This document shows, piece after piece, positions 48,909 through 60,808 of a stretch of DNA of 64,000 nucleotides. The stretch covers positions 248,001 through 312,000 of the forward strand of contig CAJYLB010000001.1 in assembly GCA_913775595.1 (NCBI GenBank), given 5' to 3'. A model generated the notes under the pieces. That model did not search any database. It worked only from the letters and a program-made list of their open reading frames with translations, and had not been told where the DNA came from. The translations under genes and the position numbers were made by a program. Position 1 is the stretch's first letter, and every line of letters starts with the position of its first letter. The stretch comes from an uncultured Aquiluna sp. (GTDB lineage Bacteria; Actinomycetota; Actinomycetes; Actinomycetales; Microbacteriaceae).

Positions 48909-50378
48909 ATGCCGCTTTCTTATGAAGTCCGCACCTACGGGTGCCAGATGAACGTTCACGATTCCGAACGTATCTCTGGGCTGCTCGAATCCGCAGGCTA
49001 CTCCAAAGCGAATGGCGCAGAGGCCGACCTTGTGGTTTTCAACACCTGCGCTGTAAGGGAGAACGCAGACAACAAGCTCTACGGCAACTTGGGGATGATG
49101 CTCTCTCGCAAGGAGAAAGACCCCAACTTCCAGATTGCAGTCGGTGGCTGTCTGGCACAAAAAGACCAAAACACCATTCTGGAGAAGGCTCCATGGGTCG
49201 ACGTGGTCTTCGGAACGCACAATATGGGTTCTCTGCCTACTCTGCTCGAGCGTGCACGACACAACAACGAGGCTCAGATAGAGATTCTTGAGTCACTTGA
49301 GGTTTTCCCTTCCACCCTCCCCTCAAAGCGCGAGAGCGCTTATGCGGGCTGGGTGTCTATCTCCGTGGGCTGCAACAACACCTGCACCTTCTGCATTGTG
49401 CCGTCCCTGCGTGGTAAAGAGAAAGACCGCAGGCCCGGTGAGATCCTCGCTGAGATTCAGGCCTTGGTCGATGATGGCGCGGTTGAGGTCACGCTGCTTG
49501 GTCAAAACGTCAATACGTATGGAGTTGAATTCGGCGACAGAGGTGCTTTTGCGAAGCTCCTGAGGGCTTGTGGGGACATCGAGGGCTTGGAGAGGGTTAG
49601 ATTCACCTCACCACACCCAGCTGCCTTCACTGAGGACGTAATTGAGGCCATGGCAGAAACTCCTAACGTTATGCCTCAACTCCACATGCCCCTGCAGTCC
49701 GGCTCTGATGCCATCCTCAAGGCGATGCGCAGAAGCTACCGGGCTGAAAAGTACCTAGGCATCCTCGACAGGGTTCGACAGCTGATTCCAGAGGCTGCTA
49801 TCACCACAGACATCATTGTCGGCTTTCCTGGTGAAACTGAAGAAGACTTCCAAGGCACGATGGATGTGGTGAGGAAATCTAGGTTCTCATCCGCCTTTAC
49901 TTTCCAGTACTCCAAGCGCCCGGGAACTCCGGCTGCCGAGATGGCTGGGCAGGTGCCACAGGATGTTGTCCAAGAGCGCTATGAGCGACTCTTGGAGTTA
50001 GTTAACTCCATTGCTTGGGAGGAAAACCAAAAACTCACCGGCAGCGATGTTGAGGTCTTGGTCGCAACGGGAGAGGGCAAGAAAGATGCCCAAACAAACC
50101 GCATGACGGGCCGGGCGAGAGACAACAGGCTCGTTCACTTTGAGATCCCTGAGGGGGCTGAGACGCCGAGGCCTGGAGACGTCGTGACGGTCACCATAAG
50201 CAGAGCGGCGCCCTACTTCTTGGTAGCAGACGCGGTTGCCGGATCGAAATATGAGCTGAGAAGGACTGCTGGTGGCGATGCATGGGATCGCTCCCAGCTT
50301 GAGAGCTGTGCGGCGCCGGTCCCCGGAGACGGCAAGGTGACCTTGGGGCTTCCAATTCGGTCAAAGCGTGAACTCTAA
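48909..50378 (+). CDS. miaB: tRNA-2-methylthio-N6-dimethylallyladenosine synthase
   Basis: TYGCQMN, NTCAVRE, radical [25 protein letters not shown] region. Confidence 0.97.
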   Translation: MPLSYEVRTYGCQMNVHDSERISGLLESAGYSKANGAEADLVVFNTCAVRENADNKLYGNLGMMLSRKEKDPNFQIAVGGCLAQKDQNTILEKAPWVDVVFGTHNMGSLPTLLERARHNNEAQIEILESLEVFPSTLPSKRESAYAGWVSISVGCNNTCTFCIVPSLRGKEKDRRPGEILAEIQALVDDGAVEVTLLGQNVNTYGVEFGDRGAFAKLLRACGDIEGLERVRFTSPHPAAFTEDVIEAMAETPNVMPQLHMPLQSGSDAILKAMRRSYRAEKYLGILDRVRQLIPEAAITTDIIVGFPGETEEDFQGTMDVVRKSRFSSAFTFQYSKRPGTPAAEMAGQVPQDVVQERYERLLELVNSIAWEENQKLTGSDVEVLVATGEGKKDAQTNRMTGRARDNRLVHFEIPEGAETPRPGDVVTVTISRAAPYFLVADAVAGSKYELRRTAGGDAWDRSQLESCAAPVPGDGKVTLGLPIRSKREL

Positions 50379-51270
50379 TCTGATCGCGGTCATAGGGCCG
50401 ACTGCCTCAGGTAAGTCCGATCTGGCTATCCAGATTGCACAGGAGATTGGAAACTCCGAAATCGTAAGCGCCGATGCGATGCAGCTCTATCGCGGCATGG
50501 ACATAGGAACCGCAAAACTCCTACCCCCAGAGCAACAGGGAATCAAACACCACCTACTTGATGTGGTGGAGCCAACAGAAGACGTAAGCGCGGTGCAGTA
50601 TCGCGAGCTTTTTGATAGCGCAGTTAGTGAAATTAGGAATGAGGGTGGGCAGCCAATTGTCGCTGGCGGCAGCACACTCTACTTAGCGGCCGCACTGGAT
50701 GAGATGCACTTCGCGCCTACAGATCCGGAAGTCCGCCAGAAGCTTGAAATGCAGGCGGAAGAACTGGGAAACCTGGGCATGCACACTCTGCTGAAAGGTA
50801 AGGACCCGGCTGCCGCAGCCAAGATTTCCGCAAGTAATCTCCGGAGGGTCATCAGGGCCCTAGAGGTAGTTGAAATTAGCGGCAAGTCATTTGCCGCCTC
50901 ACTCCCCGAACCCACCTACCGGCAACCCACAAAGCAGATTGGTATTCATGTCGAACGAGATTTGCTCAGGGAGCGCATTGAGCTAAGGGTTCGTCGAATG
51001 TGGGAGTCAGGTTTGGTTGCTGAGGTGGAGAGCTTGCTCAGTCGCCACCCACAACTGTCGAAGACTGCAAGAGTGGCCATTGGCTACCAACAGGCCGCGG
51101 CCCAGCTGGCTGGAGAACTATCCGAGGACCAGGCAATCGCGGAGACAATCCAACTAACCCAGCGCTACGCAAAAAAGCAAATGACATGGTTCAGGAGAGA
51201 TAAGCGAATTCATTGGGTGGAATCTTCCAAGGACCCACTGGCTGCAACCCTCGATGTAATTAGGCTGTAG
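50368..51270 (+). CDS. miaA: tRNA dimethylallyltransferase
   Basis: [43 protein letters not shown]. Confidence 0.97.
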   Translation: MNSNLIAVIGPTASGKSDLAIQIAQEIGNSEIVSADAMQLYRGMDIGTAKLLPPEQQGIKHHLLDVVEPTEDVSAVQYRELFDSAVSEIRNEGGQPIVAGGSTLYLAAALDEMHFAPTDPEVRQKLEMQAEELGNLGMHTLLKGKDPAAAAKISASNLRRVIRALEVVEISGKSFAASLPEPTYRQPTKQIGIHVERDLLRERIELRVRRMWESGLVAEVESLLSRHPQLSKTARVAIGYQQAAAQLAGELSEDQAIAETIQLTQRYAKKQMTWFRRDKRIHWVESSKDPLAATLDVIRL

Positions 51271-51272
51271 TG

Positions 51273-52142
51273 ATGTCAATCAACTTCACTAAAGGCCACG
51301 GTACCGGCAACGACTTTGTGCTTGTGCTTGACGAGGTTGGACAGCTTGATTTTTCCGAGCTCGAGATTCAAAAGCTCTGCGATCGAAACTTTGGGGTCGG
51401 TGCGGACGGGCTAATCGTCATTCGTCCCACCAAAGGCAGTGAGGTCGATAACCTGCTGGCCGAGGAAAGCGCGGCGACCTGGTTTATGGATTACCGAAAT
51501 CGTGATGGCTCTAAAGCTGAGATGTGCGGCAATGGCATACGAGTCATGGCACGTTATTTAGTTGACCACGAACTTGTCCGCATTGAGCCGGGAAGCACGT
51601 TGCCCATCGCAACTAGAGCCGGAATCAAGGACCTGACTTCGACAGCCACCGGCTTTGCTGTTGACCTTGGCAGCTTCTCAGTCGACGAAACTGAAGTCCT
51701 TGTCAAGGCTGCTGGCCTCAGGGTTCCAAGGCCAGGACTGAGAGTTGATCTAGGCAACCCTCACGTCGTTGTTGCTCTGGCAGATCTTGAAGAGCTTGAT
51801 CAGTTAGACCTACACAAGATTCCGATTCTGGAACCTGAGCCCTCGCAAGGGGCAAACGTGGAGTTTGTTGTAGTCGATGAGCCTCTAATTGTCGAGGGAG
51901 TGGCTGGGGTCAGCATGCGAGTTTTTGAGCGCGGGGTTGGCGAGACTCTGAGCTGCGGCACGGGTGTCGCTGCCTCAGCCGTAGCGGTGCGCCACTGGGC
52001 TGGGGGAGAGCAGAACCACTGGAAAGTGAGTGTTCCCGGCGGAGATTTAGGAGTGAGGGTGTTCCCGACTGAGGATGGAGAGCACGTTTCCATCTCGGGA
52101 CCGGCCGAGTTAACCTTTACAGGCTCTTGGAAGGGGCTGTAG
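51273..52142 (+). CDS. dapF: Diaminopimelate epimerase
   Basis: KGHGTGNDF, EMCGNG, GNPH, ERGVGETLSCGTG; start ATG 51273 (or GTG 51270). Confidence 0.97.
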   Translation: MSINFTKGHGTGNDFVLVLDEVGQLDFSELEIQKLCDRNFGVGADGLIVIRPTKGSEVDNLLAEESAATWFMDYRNRDGSKAEMCGNGIRVMARYLVDHELVRIEPGSTLPIATRAGIKDLTSTATGFAVDLGSFSVDETEVLVKAAGLRVPRPGLRVDLGNPHVVVALADLEELDQLDLHKIPILEPEPSQGANVEFVVVDEPLIVEGVAGVSMRVFERGVGETLSCGTGVAASAVAVRHWAGGEQNHWKVSVPGGDLGVRVFPTEDGEHVSISGPAELTFTGSWKGL

Positions 52143-52731
52143 CGCGAATTACTCGGTAGCCCTTGCTGTTGGCAACCTTCGAGACATCAAAGCCCTGAAA
52201 CTCTGTAGACAACCACTTCTGGAAGCTCTCGGCACCGAGCTGTTTTTGAACCACGAGGTATGCGCTGCCACCGGCTTTCATCCTGGGAAGGTAATCGCGC
52301 ATCAAAGCATGAAGAGCCTCTTTGCCAATCCGGATGGGCGGGTTTGACCAAATCGCATCGAACTCTAGGTTCTTGTCTAGCTGCTCGGGGAGATAGGCAA
52401 AAACGTTAGTCAGGCCAAGCCTGGATGCACTTTCCTTCGTCTGGCTGATCGCCCTTTCGTTCACATCCACGCCATAGACCTTTGTTTTTGGGCAGAGAGA
52501 GGCTATCGAGAGAGTAATTGGACCCCAGCCACAACCAATGTCCAGCACTTCGCCGGACTTAGGAAAGTGTTCATGGAGCGCCAGCAAAACCTTGGTTCCC
52601 TTATCCAAACCCGCTGTGCTGAACGTTCCACTTACACTCTTTGCCGAAATGACTTTGCCTCCGACCTCAAAGACAACTTCCCGCTCGCGCCTTTCGACTC
52701 CTGGATCTTCGCTGAAGTAGTGCTGGGCCAT
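52117..52731 (-). CDS. Class I SAM-dependent methyltransferase (RsmC/MTS small-domain family)
   Basis: HYFS, FSTAGLDKGT, LDIGCGWG, WSNPPIRIGK. Confidence 0.9.
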   Translation of the reverse strand: MAQHYFSEDPGVERREREVVFEVGGKVISAKSVSGTFSTAGLDKGTKVLLALHEHFPKSGEVLDIGCGWGPITLSIASLCPKTKVYGVDVNERAISQTKESASRLGLTNVFAYLPEQLDKNLEFDAIWSNPPIRIGKEALHALMRDYLPRMKAGGSAYLVVQKQLGAESFQKWLSTEFQGFDVSKVANSKGYRVIRATAPSKSL

Positions 52732-52764
52732 TTCACCAACCTATTACAGGCCTAGTGTTAAGCC

Positions 52765-54198
52765 GTGGAATCCGAGAGCGCACTTGATCGAATATTGCGA
52801 CGCGGTGCGGCGGCACCAGCAGCGGAATACGACGGTGACCAGCTAGACCTCGAGGAGCGAGACTCTCTCAGGAGGGTGGTCGGTCTTTCGACCGAGCTCG
52901 AGGATATCTCGGATGTCGAATACCGACAGCTGAGAATCGAAAAGGTCATTCTCATTGGCGTGTGGTCACAGGGCACACTAACCACCGCAGAAAACTCCCT
53001 CAGGGAGCTCTCTGCCTTGGCTGAGACGGCGGGGGCAATGGTGCTCGATGGCCTCTTACAGCGCAGAAACATGCCAGACCCGACCAGCTATTTAGGTAAA
53101 GGCAAAGCGGGGGAGCTCAGAGACCTGGCCCGCTCGCTTGGTGCGGACACAGTGATCGCAAATACCGAGCTCTCACCCTCACAGCGTCGTGCCCTGGAGG
53201 ACATCGTCAAGATAAAGGTCATTGATCGGACCGCAATCATCCTTGACATCTTTGCTCAGCATGCCAAGAGCAAGGAGGGTAAGGCTCAGGTGGAGCTGGC
53301 TCAGCTCGAATATTTACTTCCGAGACTGAGGGGTTGGGGAGACTCAATGTCCCGACAGGCCGGTGGTCAGGCCGCTGGCGGTGTTGGCATCGGTTCAAGG
53401 GGTCCAGGTGAGACAAAGATTGAGCTTGATCGGCGTCGCATCAATACCCGCATGGCAAAGCTAAGGCGAGAGATCAAAGGCATGAAGCTTGCCCGGGACA
53501 CTAAGAGGCAGTCCCGGCAGAAGTCCAGAGTTCCCCAGGTCGCCATTTCCGGCTACACAAATGCAGGCAAGTCCTCACTCCTAAACCGGATGACTAGAGC
53601 GGGGGTTCTGGTGGAAAACGCCTTATTCGCAACTCTTGACCCGACGGTTCGCAAACACGCGACCCCGGACGGACGTGAGTACACCATATCTGACACCGTC
53701 GGATTCGTCAGAGACCTCCCTCACCAGCTGGTAGAGGCTTTTCGGTCCACTTTGGAGGAGATAGCTGGTGCCGACCTAATCGTTCACGTGGTGGACGCCA
53801 CTGATCCTGATCCTCTGGGTCAGATCTCAACGGTCAGATCGGTAGTCGCAGACTTTGATTCAAGTCGAATCCCTGAACTAGTAGTTTTCAACAAGGCCGA
53901 TCTGGTCCCAGACGAGGTTCAGGTTCGACTTAGGGGCATGGTGCAAGGTGCGCTTCTGGTCTCTGCGAGAACTGGACAGGGGATTGACGCTCTCCAGGAA
54001 GCCATTGGGTCAATGCTTCCGAAGCCCGATGTTGAGTTTGTGGGCGTGATTCCCTACTCCAGGGGCGACCTCGTTTCGCGCATTCACCTCGCAGGTAAGG
54101 TCTTGGAAACCGAATATGTCGAAGAAGGCACTTCACTGAAGGCCCTGGTTAGAGAGGACCTTGCCTTCGAACTACGAGAATTTGCTAAACGGTCCTGA
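52765..54198 (+). CDS. hflX: GTPase HflX
   Basis: [38 protein letters not shown]. Confidence 0.97.
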   Translation: MESESALDRILRRGAAAPAAEYDGDQLDLEERDSLRRVVGLSTELEDISDVEYRQLRIEKVILIGVWSQGTLTTAENSLRELSALAETAGAMVLDGLLQRRNMPDPTSYLGKGKAGELRDLARSLGADTVIANTELSPSQRRALEDIVKIKVIDRTAIILDIFAQHAKSKEGKAQVELAQLEYLLPRLRGWGDSMSRQAGGQAAGGVGIGSRGPGETKIELDRRRINTRMAKLRREIKGMKLARDTKRQSRQKSRVPQVAISGYTNAGKSSLLNRMTRAGVLVENALFATLDPTVRKHATPDGREYTISDTVGFVRDLPHQLVEAFRSTLEEIAGADLIVHVVDATDPDPLGQISTVRSVVADFDSSRIPELVVFNKADLVPDEVQVRLRGMVQGALLVSARTGQGIDALQEAIGSMLPKPDVEFVGVIPYSRGDLVSRIHLAGKVLETEYVEEGTSLKALVREDLAFELREFAKRS

Positions 54199-54805
54199 GG
54201 ACAGCCACGACCTTGCCAAGAATCACTGCGTGATCTCCAAGGATCGGCTCAAAGGCGGAGTTGCGAGGCAATAGCCAGGTGTGGCCGTCTCGCTGCTTAA
54301 AGGTCTTCACGGTCGCCTCCTCTTCGATGAGAGCCGCGACAATGTCACCGTTTTCGGCGGTTTGCTGCTGCCTGACAACCACCCAGTCGCCGTCGCAGAT
54401 GGCCGCGTCGATCATTGATTCGCCAACGACCTTGAGTAGAAATAGCTCACCTTGCCCAACGATTTGTCTAGGCAAGGTGAATACGTCTTCAACATTTTGA
54501 TCTGCGGTGATTGGAATACCTGCGGCAATCCGGCCAACGAGCGGAACCATTGCAGAGTCCGGTCTGATGATCTCACCGGCTGGATCATCACCAAGAAGGT
54601 CAATGGTTCGCGGGCGTCTTGGGTCACGAGAAATGAAACCCAAGAGTTCGAGCTTGTTGAGCTGATGCGACACGCTGGCGGTCGATGACAGGCCAACAGC
54701 CTCGCCGATCTCTCTCATTGAGGGGGCATAGTTTCGCGATTGCATTGATTCGCGTATGACGTCCAGAATTCGCTGCTGAACCGCTGTTAGTTCGCTCTGA
54801 TCCAT
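54185..54805 (-). CDS. lexA: SOS repressor LexA
   Basis: PSMREIG HTH, Ala-Gly cleavage site GRIAAG, catalytic GESM and ATVK; start ATG 54805 with SD GGAGGA. Confidence 0.98.
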   Translation of the reverse strand: MDQSELTAVQQRILDVIRESMQSRNYAPSMREIGEAVGLSSTASVSHQLNKLELLGFISRDPRRPRTIDLLGDDPAGEIIRPDSAMVPLVGRIAAGIPITADQNVEDVFTLPRQIVGQGELFLLKVVGESMIDAAICDGDWVVVRQQQTAENGDIVAALIEEEATVKTFKQRDGHTWLLPRNSAFEPILGDHAVILGKVVAVLRTV

Positions 54806-54878
54806 GACTCCTCCAAAAATGTCGGTGGCCAGTGTTTTGCTTTCTCTATCGAAACTGTATTCGGAATTGGACAGGATT

Positions 54879-54894
54879 CCAAACACATTTTCGA
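54879..54894. promoter_or_regulatory. LexA box upstream of lexA
   Basis: CCAAACACATTTTCGA (minus strand TCGAAAATGTGTTTGG), upstream of the minus-strand -10 TACAGT at 54854-54859. Confidence 0.6.
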
Positions 54895-54922
54895 AAAAAC
54901 TAAAAAATCAAGTAGAAAATGC

Positions 54923-54966
54923 TTGCAATTTTGGAGCGTATTTCTATACTTAGAACAAATGTTCGA
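54923..54966 (+). promoter_or_regulatory. SigA-type promoter of the LysM gene with adjacent LexA box
   Basis: TTGCAA-N16-TATACT (54923-54950) immediately followed by TAGAACAAATGTTCGA (54951-54966). Confidence 0.75.
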
Positions 54967-54996
54967 AAAAGAAGTTCGAACAAGGAGGTAAGAGAA

Positions 54997-55290
54997 ATGC
55001 AGATGTTGCGTTCGTACCAGCTGACTAACCCAGCTCGCCTTGTGCGTGCGCTCATGATTGTGGCTCTCGCAGCCACTCTGAGCCTTGTCGGTATCTCAGG
55101 CTCTGTAGCCACGGACTCTGACCCAGTTGAACTTACCTACATCACGGTCTCTCAAGGAGACTCCCTTTGGTCACTCGCAGAGGTTCACGCAGGCGATGCC
55201 GACCCTCGAGACTGGATTGCAGAAGTAGTAATCGCAAACGCTTTGGAGAGCTCAGACCTCACACCGGGTCAACAAATCGCACTTCCTTAG
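54997..55290 (+). CDS. LysM-domain membrane protein (ChiZ/YneA-like SOS cell-division inhibitor)
   Basis: TM helix followed by ITVSQGDSLWSLA...LTPGQQIALP LysM; divergent from lexA; SD AAGGAGG before ATG 54997. Confidence 0.88.
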   Translation: MQMLRSYQLTNPARLVRALMIVALAATLSLVGISGSVATDSDPVELTYITVSQGDSLWSLAEVHAGDADPRDWIAEVVIANALESSDLTPGQQIALP

Positions 55291-55311
55291 CCTGATGGCT
55301 AGCATTTACGG

Positions 55312-56382
55312 GTGAGCAGTCTTGAAGATCTTCCGATTCGCGGTGACCTGAGGGGTCAGAAGCCTTATGGTGCGCCTCAGCTCGACGTTCCTGTTTCACT
55401 CAATGTAAACGAGAACACCTTTGGTATCCCTGAGGAAGTTGCCCTCACAATCGTAGAAAAGCTCGCTGCGGCAGTAGTTGGCCTAAATCGCTATCCCGAC
55501 CGGGAGTTCCTGGAGCTCCGTGCCTCACTTGCTCAATACTTGGGTCACGACCTGAATGCATCGCAGATTTGGGCGGCCAATGGTTCCAATGAGGTGCTAC
55601 AGCAGTTTTTCACTGCTTTTGGGGGACCGGGTCGAAAGGCGCTTTCCTTTGGCCCTACCTATTCGATGTATCCAAACATCGCTCGCATTACTCTCACCGA
55701 TTACGTTGAGGCACAACGACCTGAAGGCTATGAGCTAACTCCTGAATATGTCTCTCAGGAAATTGGAAAGCACAAGCCGGACATCGTTTTGATTTGCGCT
55801 CCTAACAACCCAACTGGGACCTCAGTAGGCCTCGACACAGTGCGCACTGCCTACGAGAGCTTTGATGGGATGCTGCTGGTCGATGAGGCTTACGCTGAGT
55901 TCTCAGAGTCTTCTAGTTCTCTAAGTCTCTTACCCTCAATGGATCGCCTGGTCGTTTCGAGGACCATGAGCAAGGCTTTTGCTTTTGCGGGGGCAAGGGT
56001 TGGTTACATGGCTGCAGCTGATGCGGTAGTTGATGCCATGCGCATTGTCAGGCTCCCATACCACCTTTCGGCACTCACACAAGCAGCGGCTCTCGCAGCC
56101 TTAGAACACAGCGCGCTGATGCTTGCGAATGTAGAAAAAATCAAGCTCCAGCGCGACAGGATTGCGCAAGCCTGTGCCGATTGGGGGCTACAGCCCTATC
56201 CATCGGATGCAAACTTTGTTTTGGTGTCGGGGTTTGATGATCCAGAAGCTACTTTTGAGTCTCTACTGGCAAAAGGTGTGCTTGTGCGCAACGTTGGGAT
56301 ACCTGGGACCCTTCGCATCACGGCCGGGACCGAGGCCGAAACCACCAAACTTCTAGCTGAGATTGCTCTGCTGCTTGACTAG
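55312..56382 (+). CDS. hisC: Histidinol-phosphate transaminase
   Basis: [46 protein letters not shown]. Confidence 0.96.
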   Translation: MSSLEDLPIRGDLRGQKPYGAPQLDVPVSLNVNENTFGIPEEVALTIVEKLAAAVVGLNRYPDREFLELRASLAQYLGHDLNASQIWAANGSNEVLQQFFTAFGGPGRKALSFGPTYSMYPNIARITLTDYVEAQRPEGYELTPEYVSQEIGKHKPDIVLICAPNNPTGTSVGLDTVRTAYESFDGMLLVDEAYAEFSESSSSLSLLPSMDRLVVSRTMSKAFAFAGARVGYMAAADAVVDAMRIVRLPYHLSALTQAAALAALEHSALMLANVEKIKLQRDRIAQACADWGLQPYPSDANFVLVSGFDDPEATFESLLAKGVLVRNVGIPGTLRITAGTEAETTKLLAEIALLLD

Positions 56383-56417
56383 ACTTGGGGCTCAATCCCA
56401 ATTCGAAGGTGCAAAAG

Positions 56418-57017
56418 ATGACTCGCATTGCCAAAGTGAGCCGCAAGACCTCAGAGTCTTCGGTGGAGCTTGAGCTGAATCTAGATGGTTCTGGCGTTTC
56501 CGACATCGAGACGACGGTCCCCTTTTTCAACCACCTTCTAACTGCATTCTCAAAGCACTCCCTGATCGACCTAAAGGTCAAGGCAAGTGGTGACACTGAC
56601 ATCGATGTGCACCACACTGTCGAGGACGTCGCAATTGTCTTGGGACAGGCCCTCAAGGAGGCCCTGGGGGACAAAGCTGGTATTTCTCGCTACGGGGATT
56701 CTCTAGTTCCATTGGACGAGGCCCTGGCACGTGCCGTCGTGGACATCTCGGGTAGGCCCTATCTAGTTCACGATGGAGAGCCTGCGGGTTTTGAGTATCA
56801 CCTGATCGGCGGCCACTTCACAGGCTCTATGGTTCGTCACGCATTCGAGGCAATAGCCCACAATGCCGGCATTACCTTGCATGTTTCCTTGCTTGGTGGG
56901 CGCGATGCCCACCACATCGCTGAGGCTCAGTTCAAGGCTTTTGCCAGGGCATTACGCGCTGCAGTGGAGCTCGACCCGAGGGTTCAAGGCATTCCCTCAA
57001 CCAAGGGAAGCCTGTGA
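56418..57017 (+). CDS. hisB: Imidazoleglycerol-phosphate dehydratase
   Basis: DVHHTVED and [12 protein letters not shown] metal motifs, PSTKG end; start ATG 56418. Confidence 0.97.
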   Translation: MTRIAKVSRKTSESSVELELNLDGSGVSDIETTVPFFNHLLTAFSKHSLIDLKVKASGDTDIDVHHTVEDVAIVLGQALKEALGDKAGISRYGDSLVPLDEALARAVVDISGRPYLVHDGEPAGFEYHLIGGHFTGSMVRHAFEAIAHNAGITLHVSLLGGRDAHHIAEAQFKAFARALRAAVELDPRVQGIPSTKGSL

Positions 57018-57643
57018 CCAAAAAGGTCACGGTCTTAGATTACGGTTCAGGCAACATCCACTCTGCCGTTCGCGCACTTGCAGAAACCGGGGCTGAAGTC
57101 TCGCTAACGGCCGATAAGTCCGAGCTAATCGAGTCTGATGGCATGGTGATTCCCGGTGTGGGCGCCTACGCAGCGGTGATGAGAAAACTGAGCCTGGTTG
57201 GTGCTGCAGAGATTGTTGACAAGCGTCTCACCGCATCCAGGCCAGTGCTCGGGATATGCGTCGGAATGCAGGTAATGTTTGCCTCCGGACGCGAGCACGG
57301 CGAGCAGACTGACGGCCTTGGCCAGTGGCCAGGTGAGGTTACCAAGCTCGAGGCTGAAACCCTTCCCCACATCGGCTGGACAAAGGTAGAGCCAGAAGAC
57401 GGATCGTCTCTGTTTGACGGCGTCGAAGAGGAGCGGTTCTACTTCGTGCATTCCTATGCGGCGAAGAACTGGGAGCTCGACGTTAGGCCACCCTTTGTTT
57501 CCCCAAAGCTGACTTGGGCAGAACACGGGGAGAGGTTTATCGCTGCCGTGGAGAACGGACCGCTAAGTGCTACGCAGTTTCATCCAGAGAAATCGGGCCG
57601 GGCCGGACTGCAGCTGTTGAAAAACTGGACTAAGACGCTCTAG
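57014..57643 (+). CDS. hisH: Imidazole glycerol phosphate synthase glutaminase subunit
   Basis: DYGSGN, PGVG, GICVGMQ, YFVHSY, QFHPEKS. Confidence 0.97.
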   Translation: MTKKVTVLDYGSGNIHSAVRALAETGAEVSLTADKSELIESDGMVIPGVGAYAAVMRKLSLVGAAEIVDKRLTASRPVLGICVGMQVMFASGREHGEQTDGLGQWPGEVTKLEAETLPHIGWTKVEPEDGSSLFDGVEEERFYFVHSYAAKNWELDVRPPFVSPKLTWAEHGERFIAAVENGPLSATQFHPEKSGRAGLQLLKNWTKTL

Positions 57644-57652
57644 GAGACTGAA

Positions 57653-58381
57653 ATGCATCTAGAACTACTGCCTGCTGTTGATGTTGCTTCTGGAAAGGCC
57701 GTTCGCCTTACCCAGGGAGAGGCGGGCAGCGAGGAAGATTTCGGGCACCCTCTCGGCGCGGCAAAGGATTGGATCGCAGCTGGCGCTGAGTGGATTCACC
57801 TCGTTGACCTCGATGCTGCCTTTGGTCGCGGAAGCAACAGAGAGGTAATCGCGGAGGTTGTGGCAAATGCCGGTTCGACAAAGATCGAGCTATCGGGCGG
57901 CATCAGGGACTCTTCATCTTTAGAGGCTGCCCTCAAGTTAGGAGCAACCAGAGTTAATCTCGGCACCGCAGCGCTAGAGGATCCAGATTGGACGGCAGGT
58001 GCCATCGAGGAGTTTGGCGACAAGATTGCGGTTGGTCTAGACGTCAGAGGCACCACGCTCGCGGCTAGGGGCTGGACTAAGGAAGGCGGCGACCTTTTTG
58101 AGGTGCTAGATCGGTTGGAGCAAGCTGGCTGTGCTCGCTACGTGGTGACAGATGTCACCAAGGATGGCACCTTGCGTGGGCCAAACCTAGAACTCCTGCG
58201 ATCGGTCATGGAGCGCACCGAGAAGCCGGTTGTCGCATCAGGCGGTATTTCATCTTTGGAGGACATCGCCAATCTCGCAGCTTTGGTGCCGATGGGCCTT
58301 GAAGGAGCGATTCTCGGCAAGTCCCTTTACGCGGGCCGCTTCACTCTGGAGGAAGCACTTGAGGTTGCGAGTCAGGTTTGA
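57653..58381 (+). CDS. priA: Phosphoribosyl isomerase A (HisA/TrpF-type, actinobacterial PriA)
   Basis: [45 protein letters not shown]. Confidence 0.92.
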   Translation: MHLELLPAVDVASGKAVRLTQGEAGSEEDFGHPLGAAKDWIAAGAEWIHLVDLDAAFGRGSNREVIAEVVANAGSTKIELSGGIRDSSSLEAALKLGATRVNLGTAALEDPDWTAGAIEEFGDKIAVGLDVRGTTLAARGWTKEGGDLFEVLDRLEQAGCARYVVTDVTKDGTLRGPNLELLRSVMERTEKPVVASGGISSLEDIANLAALVPMGLEGAILGKSLYAGRFTLEEALEVASQV

Positions 58382-59121
58382 CAGATAGGTTTAGCGATTC
58401 CGCAGGCGTGCCCTGGGAGGGCAGGTCATTCGAGGAGAACGCATTCGCGGATGATGATGGTTCGACTCCCGAAGCCCTAGCGGCGGCGCTCGCTTTAGAC
58501 CCAATCGATAAACCGGGTCTCGTTCGGGCACTGTCAGCGTCGAGGCTTCTTATTCCCCTGATTGCGACGCTTGGTGAGTCCGGAGAGGGTGCCCACGGTC
58601 AGCAGGTCGACAAGAGTGCTGACTTGGCCATCGTTGCAGTTGCAACTCCTGATAAGCAGACTGCGATTCCCGTTTTTTCCTCTGTGGATGACATGGCCAG
58701 GTGGAAGCCAGAGGCTCGTCCGGTACCAGCTTCCGCCCAGCGGGTTGCAATAGCTGCCGCAAGCGAGGGTCATTCACGCGTGATTCTCAACCCCGCTTCG
58801 GCCGCCTTGGCCCTTCGGACTCCTGCCCTTGAGGCAATTGCGAAGGGCGTCGATTGGGTCCCTCCGCACAAAGACCCATGGGTCAGGAAATGGTCTGAAG
58901 AGGTTGCGATGGCTCACCCACTAATTTCAACCATTGATCTATTTGACGGGGACCCAAAGCTTGACCTTTCTCACGCCGAGCTGTTGATTCAATTGGGAAT
59001 GCGTCCAAACGTTAGCCCGGAGAAGCTCAAGGAGCTTCTCACGTCCTTTACAGATTCACTGCGGAGTGAAGAGTTCAACCTTCGGGTTGACTCAATTGGT
59101 TATCGACTCGTAGTCGCCTAG
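58378..59121 (+). CDS. SseB family protein
   Basis: [25 protein letters not shown]...WKPEARPVP; usual priA neighbour. Confidence 0.8.
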   Translation: MTDRFSDSAGVPWEGRSFEENAFADDDGSTPEALAAALALDPIDKPGLVRALSASRLLIPLIATLGESGEGAHGQQVDKSADLAIVAVATPDKQTAIPVFSSVDDMARWKPEARPVPASAQRVAIAAASEGHSRVILNPASAALALRTPALEAIAKGVDWVPPHKDPWVRKWSEEVAMAHPLISTIDLFDGDPKLDLSHAELLIQLGMRPNVSPEKLKELLTSFTDSLRSEEFNLRVDSIGYRLVVA

Positions 59122-59438
59122 CTGACGGGCCCGGTGTATTTTTCACCAGGGCCTTTGCCGGGCTCATCGGGCATAGATGAGGCCTCTCGGAAGGCAAGCT
59201 GCAAAGATCGCAGCCCGTCTCTTAGTGGACGAGCGTGGTGGTCACCGATTTCAGGGGCGGCCGCGGTAACCAGGCCGGCTAAAGCCGTGATTAGCTTTCT
59301 GGCCTCATCCAAATCAGCAGGTGCATCCTCTGCAAGTCCAGTCTGAACAGCAGCCGCACTCATAAGGTGAACTGCTGCGGTGTTGATGATCTCGACGGCT
59401 GGAACCTCTGCGATATCTCTTGCTGCACCCTCGTCCAA
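59118..59438 (-). CDS. DUF1844 family protein
   Basis: RDIAEVPAVE, DLDEARKLITALAG, LQLAFREAS, PGKGPGEKYTG; divergent from infC. Confidence 0.85.
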   Translation of the reverse strand: MDEGAARDIAEVPAVEIINTAAVHLMSAAAVQTGLAEDAPADLDEARKLITALAGLVTAAAPEIGDHHARPLRDGLRSLQLAFREASSMPDEPGKGPGEKYTGPVS

Positions 59439-59499
59439 TTTGCCTCTTCTCTGTTTGCTTCTACTCTGCTAGAGTATTGCAGGCTCTGGGCTAAGGCTC

Positions 59500-59575
59500 A
59501 GTGGAGAAGTGGATAGCAATCCCACCTGCCAACCGCATGACATAGGTTGTTTGGGTTCGAGAGTGATTTATTTCT
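59500..59575 (+). promoter_or_regulatory. Structured leader of infC-rpmI-rplT (candidate L20-responsive RNA)
   Basis: Nested complementarity ACCTG/TGGGT and CAACC/GGTTG after AAGTGGA..TCCCAC; upstream of the operon encoding L20. Confidence 0.4.
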
Positions 59576-59620
59576 GCATGCCGCTTGGCGAGCTAAAAAC
59601 AATGGCAACGAGGAGCAGTT

Positions 59621-60199
<579 letters not shown>

Positions 60200-60210
60200 G
60201 AGGAGAGATT

Positions 60211-60405
60211 ATGCCGAAGATGAAGACCCACTCGGGTGCCAAGAAGCGCTTCCGCTTCACCGGTAGCGGCAAGCTCATGAAGCAGCAGATCAACATGCGT
60301 CACAACCTGGAGCACAAGAGCTCCCGCAGGACGCGTCGTCTGAACCAGGACCAGGTGGTATCGCCTGCAGATTTCAAGAAGCTCAAGAAGCAACTAGGCC
60401 GCTAG
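60211..60405 (+). CDS. rpmI: 50S ribosomal protein L35
   Basis: [21 protein letters not shown]. Confidence 0.98.
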   Translation: MPKMKTHSGAKKRFRFTGSGKLMKQQINMRHNLEHKSSRRTRRLNQDQVVSPADFKKLKKQLGR

Positions 60406-60424
60406 GCGGAGGAGACTAAGAAAA

Positions 60425-60808
60425 ATGGCAAGAGTAAAAAACGCAGTCAACTCACACAAGAAGCGTCGAGTTGCTCTCGAGAGGGCACACGGTTACCGTG
60501 GCCAGCGCTCAAGGCTCTACCGCATGGCAAAGCAGCAGCTTCTGCACTCGTTTGTCTATGCATACAACGACCGTCGCAAGCGCAAGGGTGACTTCCGCAG
60601 GCTGTGGATCAGCAGGATTAACGCTGCTGCTCGCCTGAACGGCATGACCTACAACCGCCTCATCCAGGGTTTGAACCTGGCAGGTGTCGAGGTTGACCGT
60701 CGCATCCTGGCGGACATGGCAGTAAACGACCCGGGCGCATTCGCAACGCTGGTTGCAACCGCGAAGGCTGCACTGCCAAAGGACGTAAACGCGCCAAAGG
60801 CTAGCTAG
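60425..60808 (+). CDS. rplT: 50S ribosomal protein L20
   Basis: [32 protein letters not shown]. Confidence 0.99.
   Translation: MARVKNAVNSHKKRRVALERAHGYRGQRSRLYRMAKQQLLHSFVYAYNDRRKRKGDFRRLWISRINAAARLNGMTYNRLIQGLNLAGVEVDRRILADMAVNDPGAFATLVATAKAALPKDVNAPKAS

Noticed and set aside
59540..59565. GGTTCGA resembling a tRNA T-loop
   Set aside because: No cloverleaf, acceptor stem or CCA can be built around it
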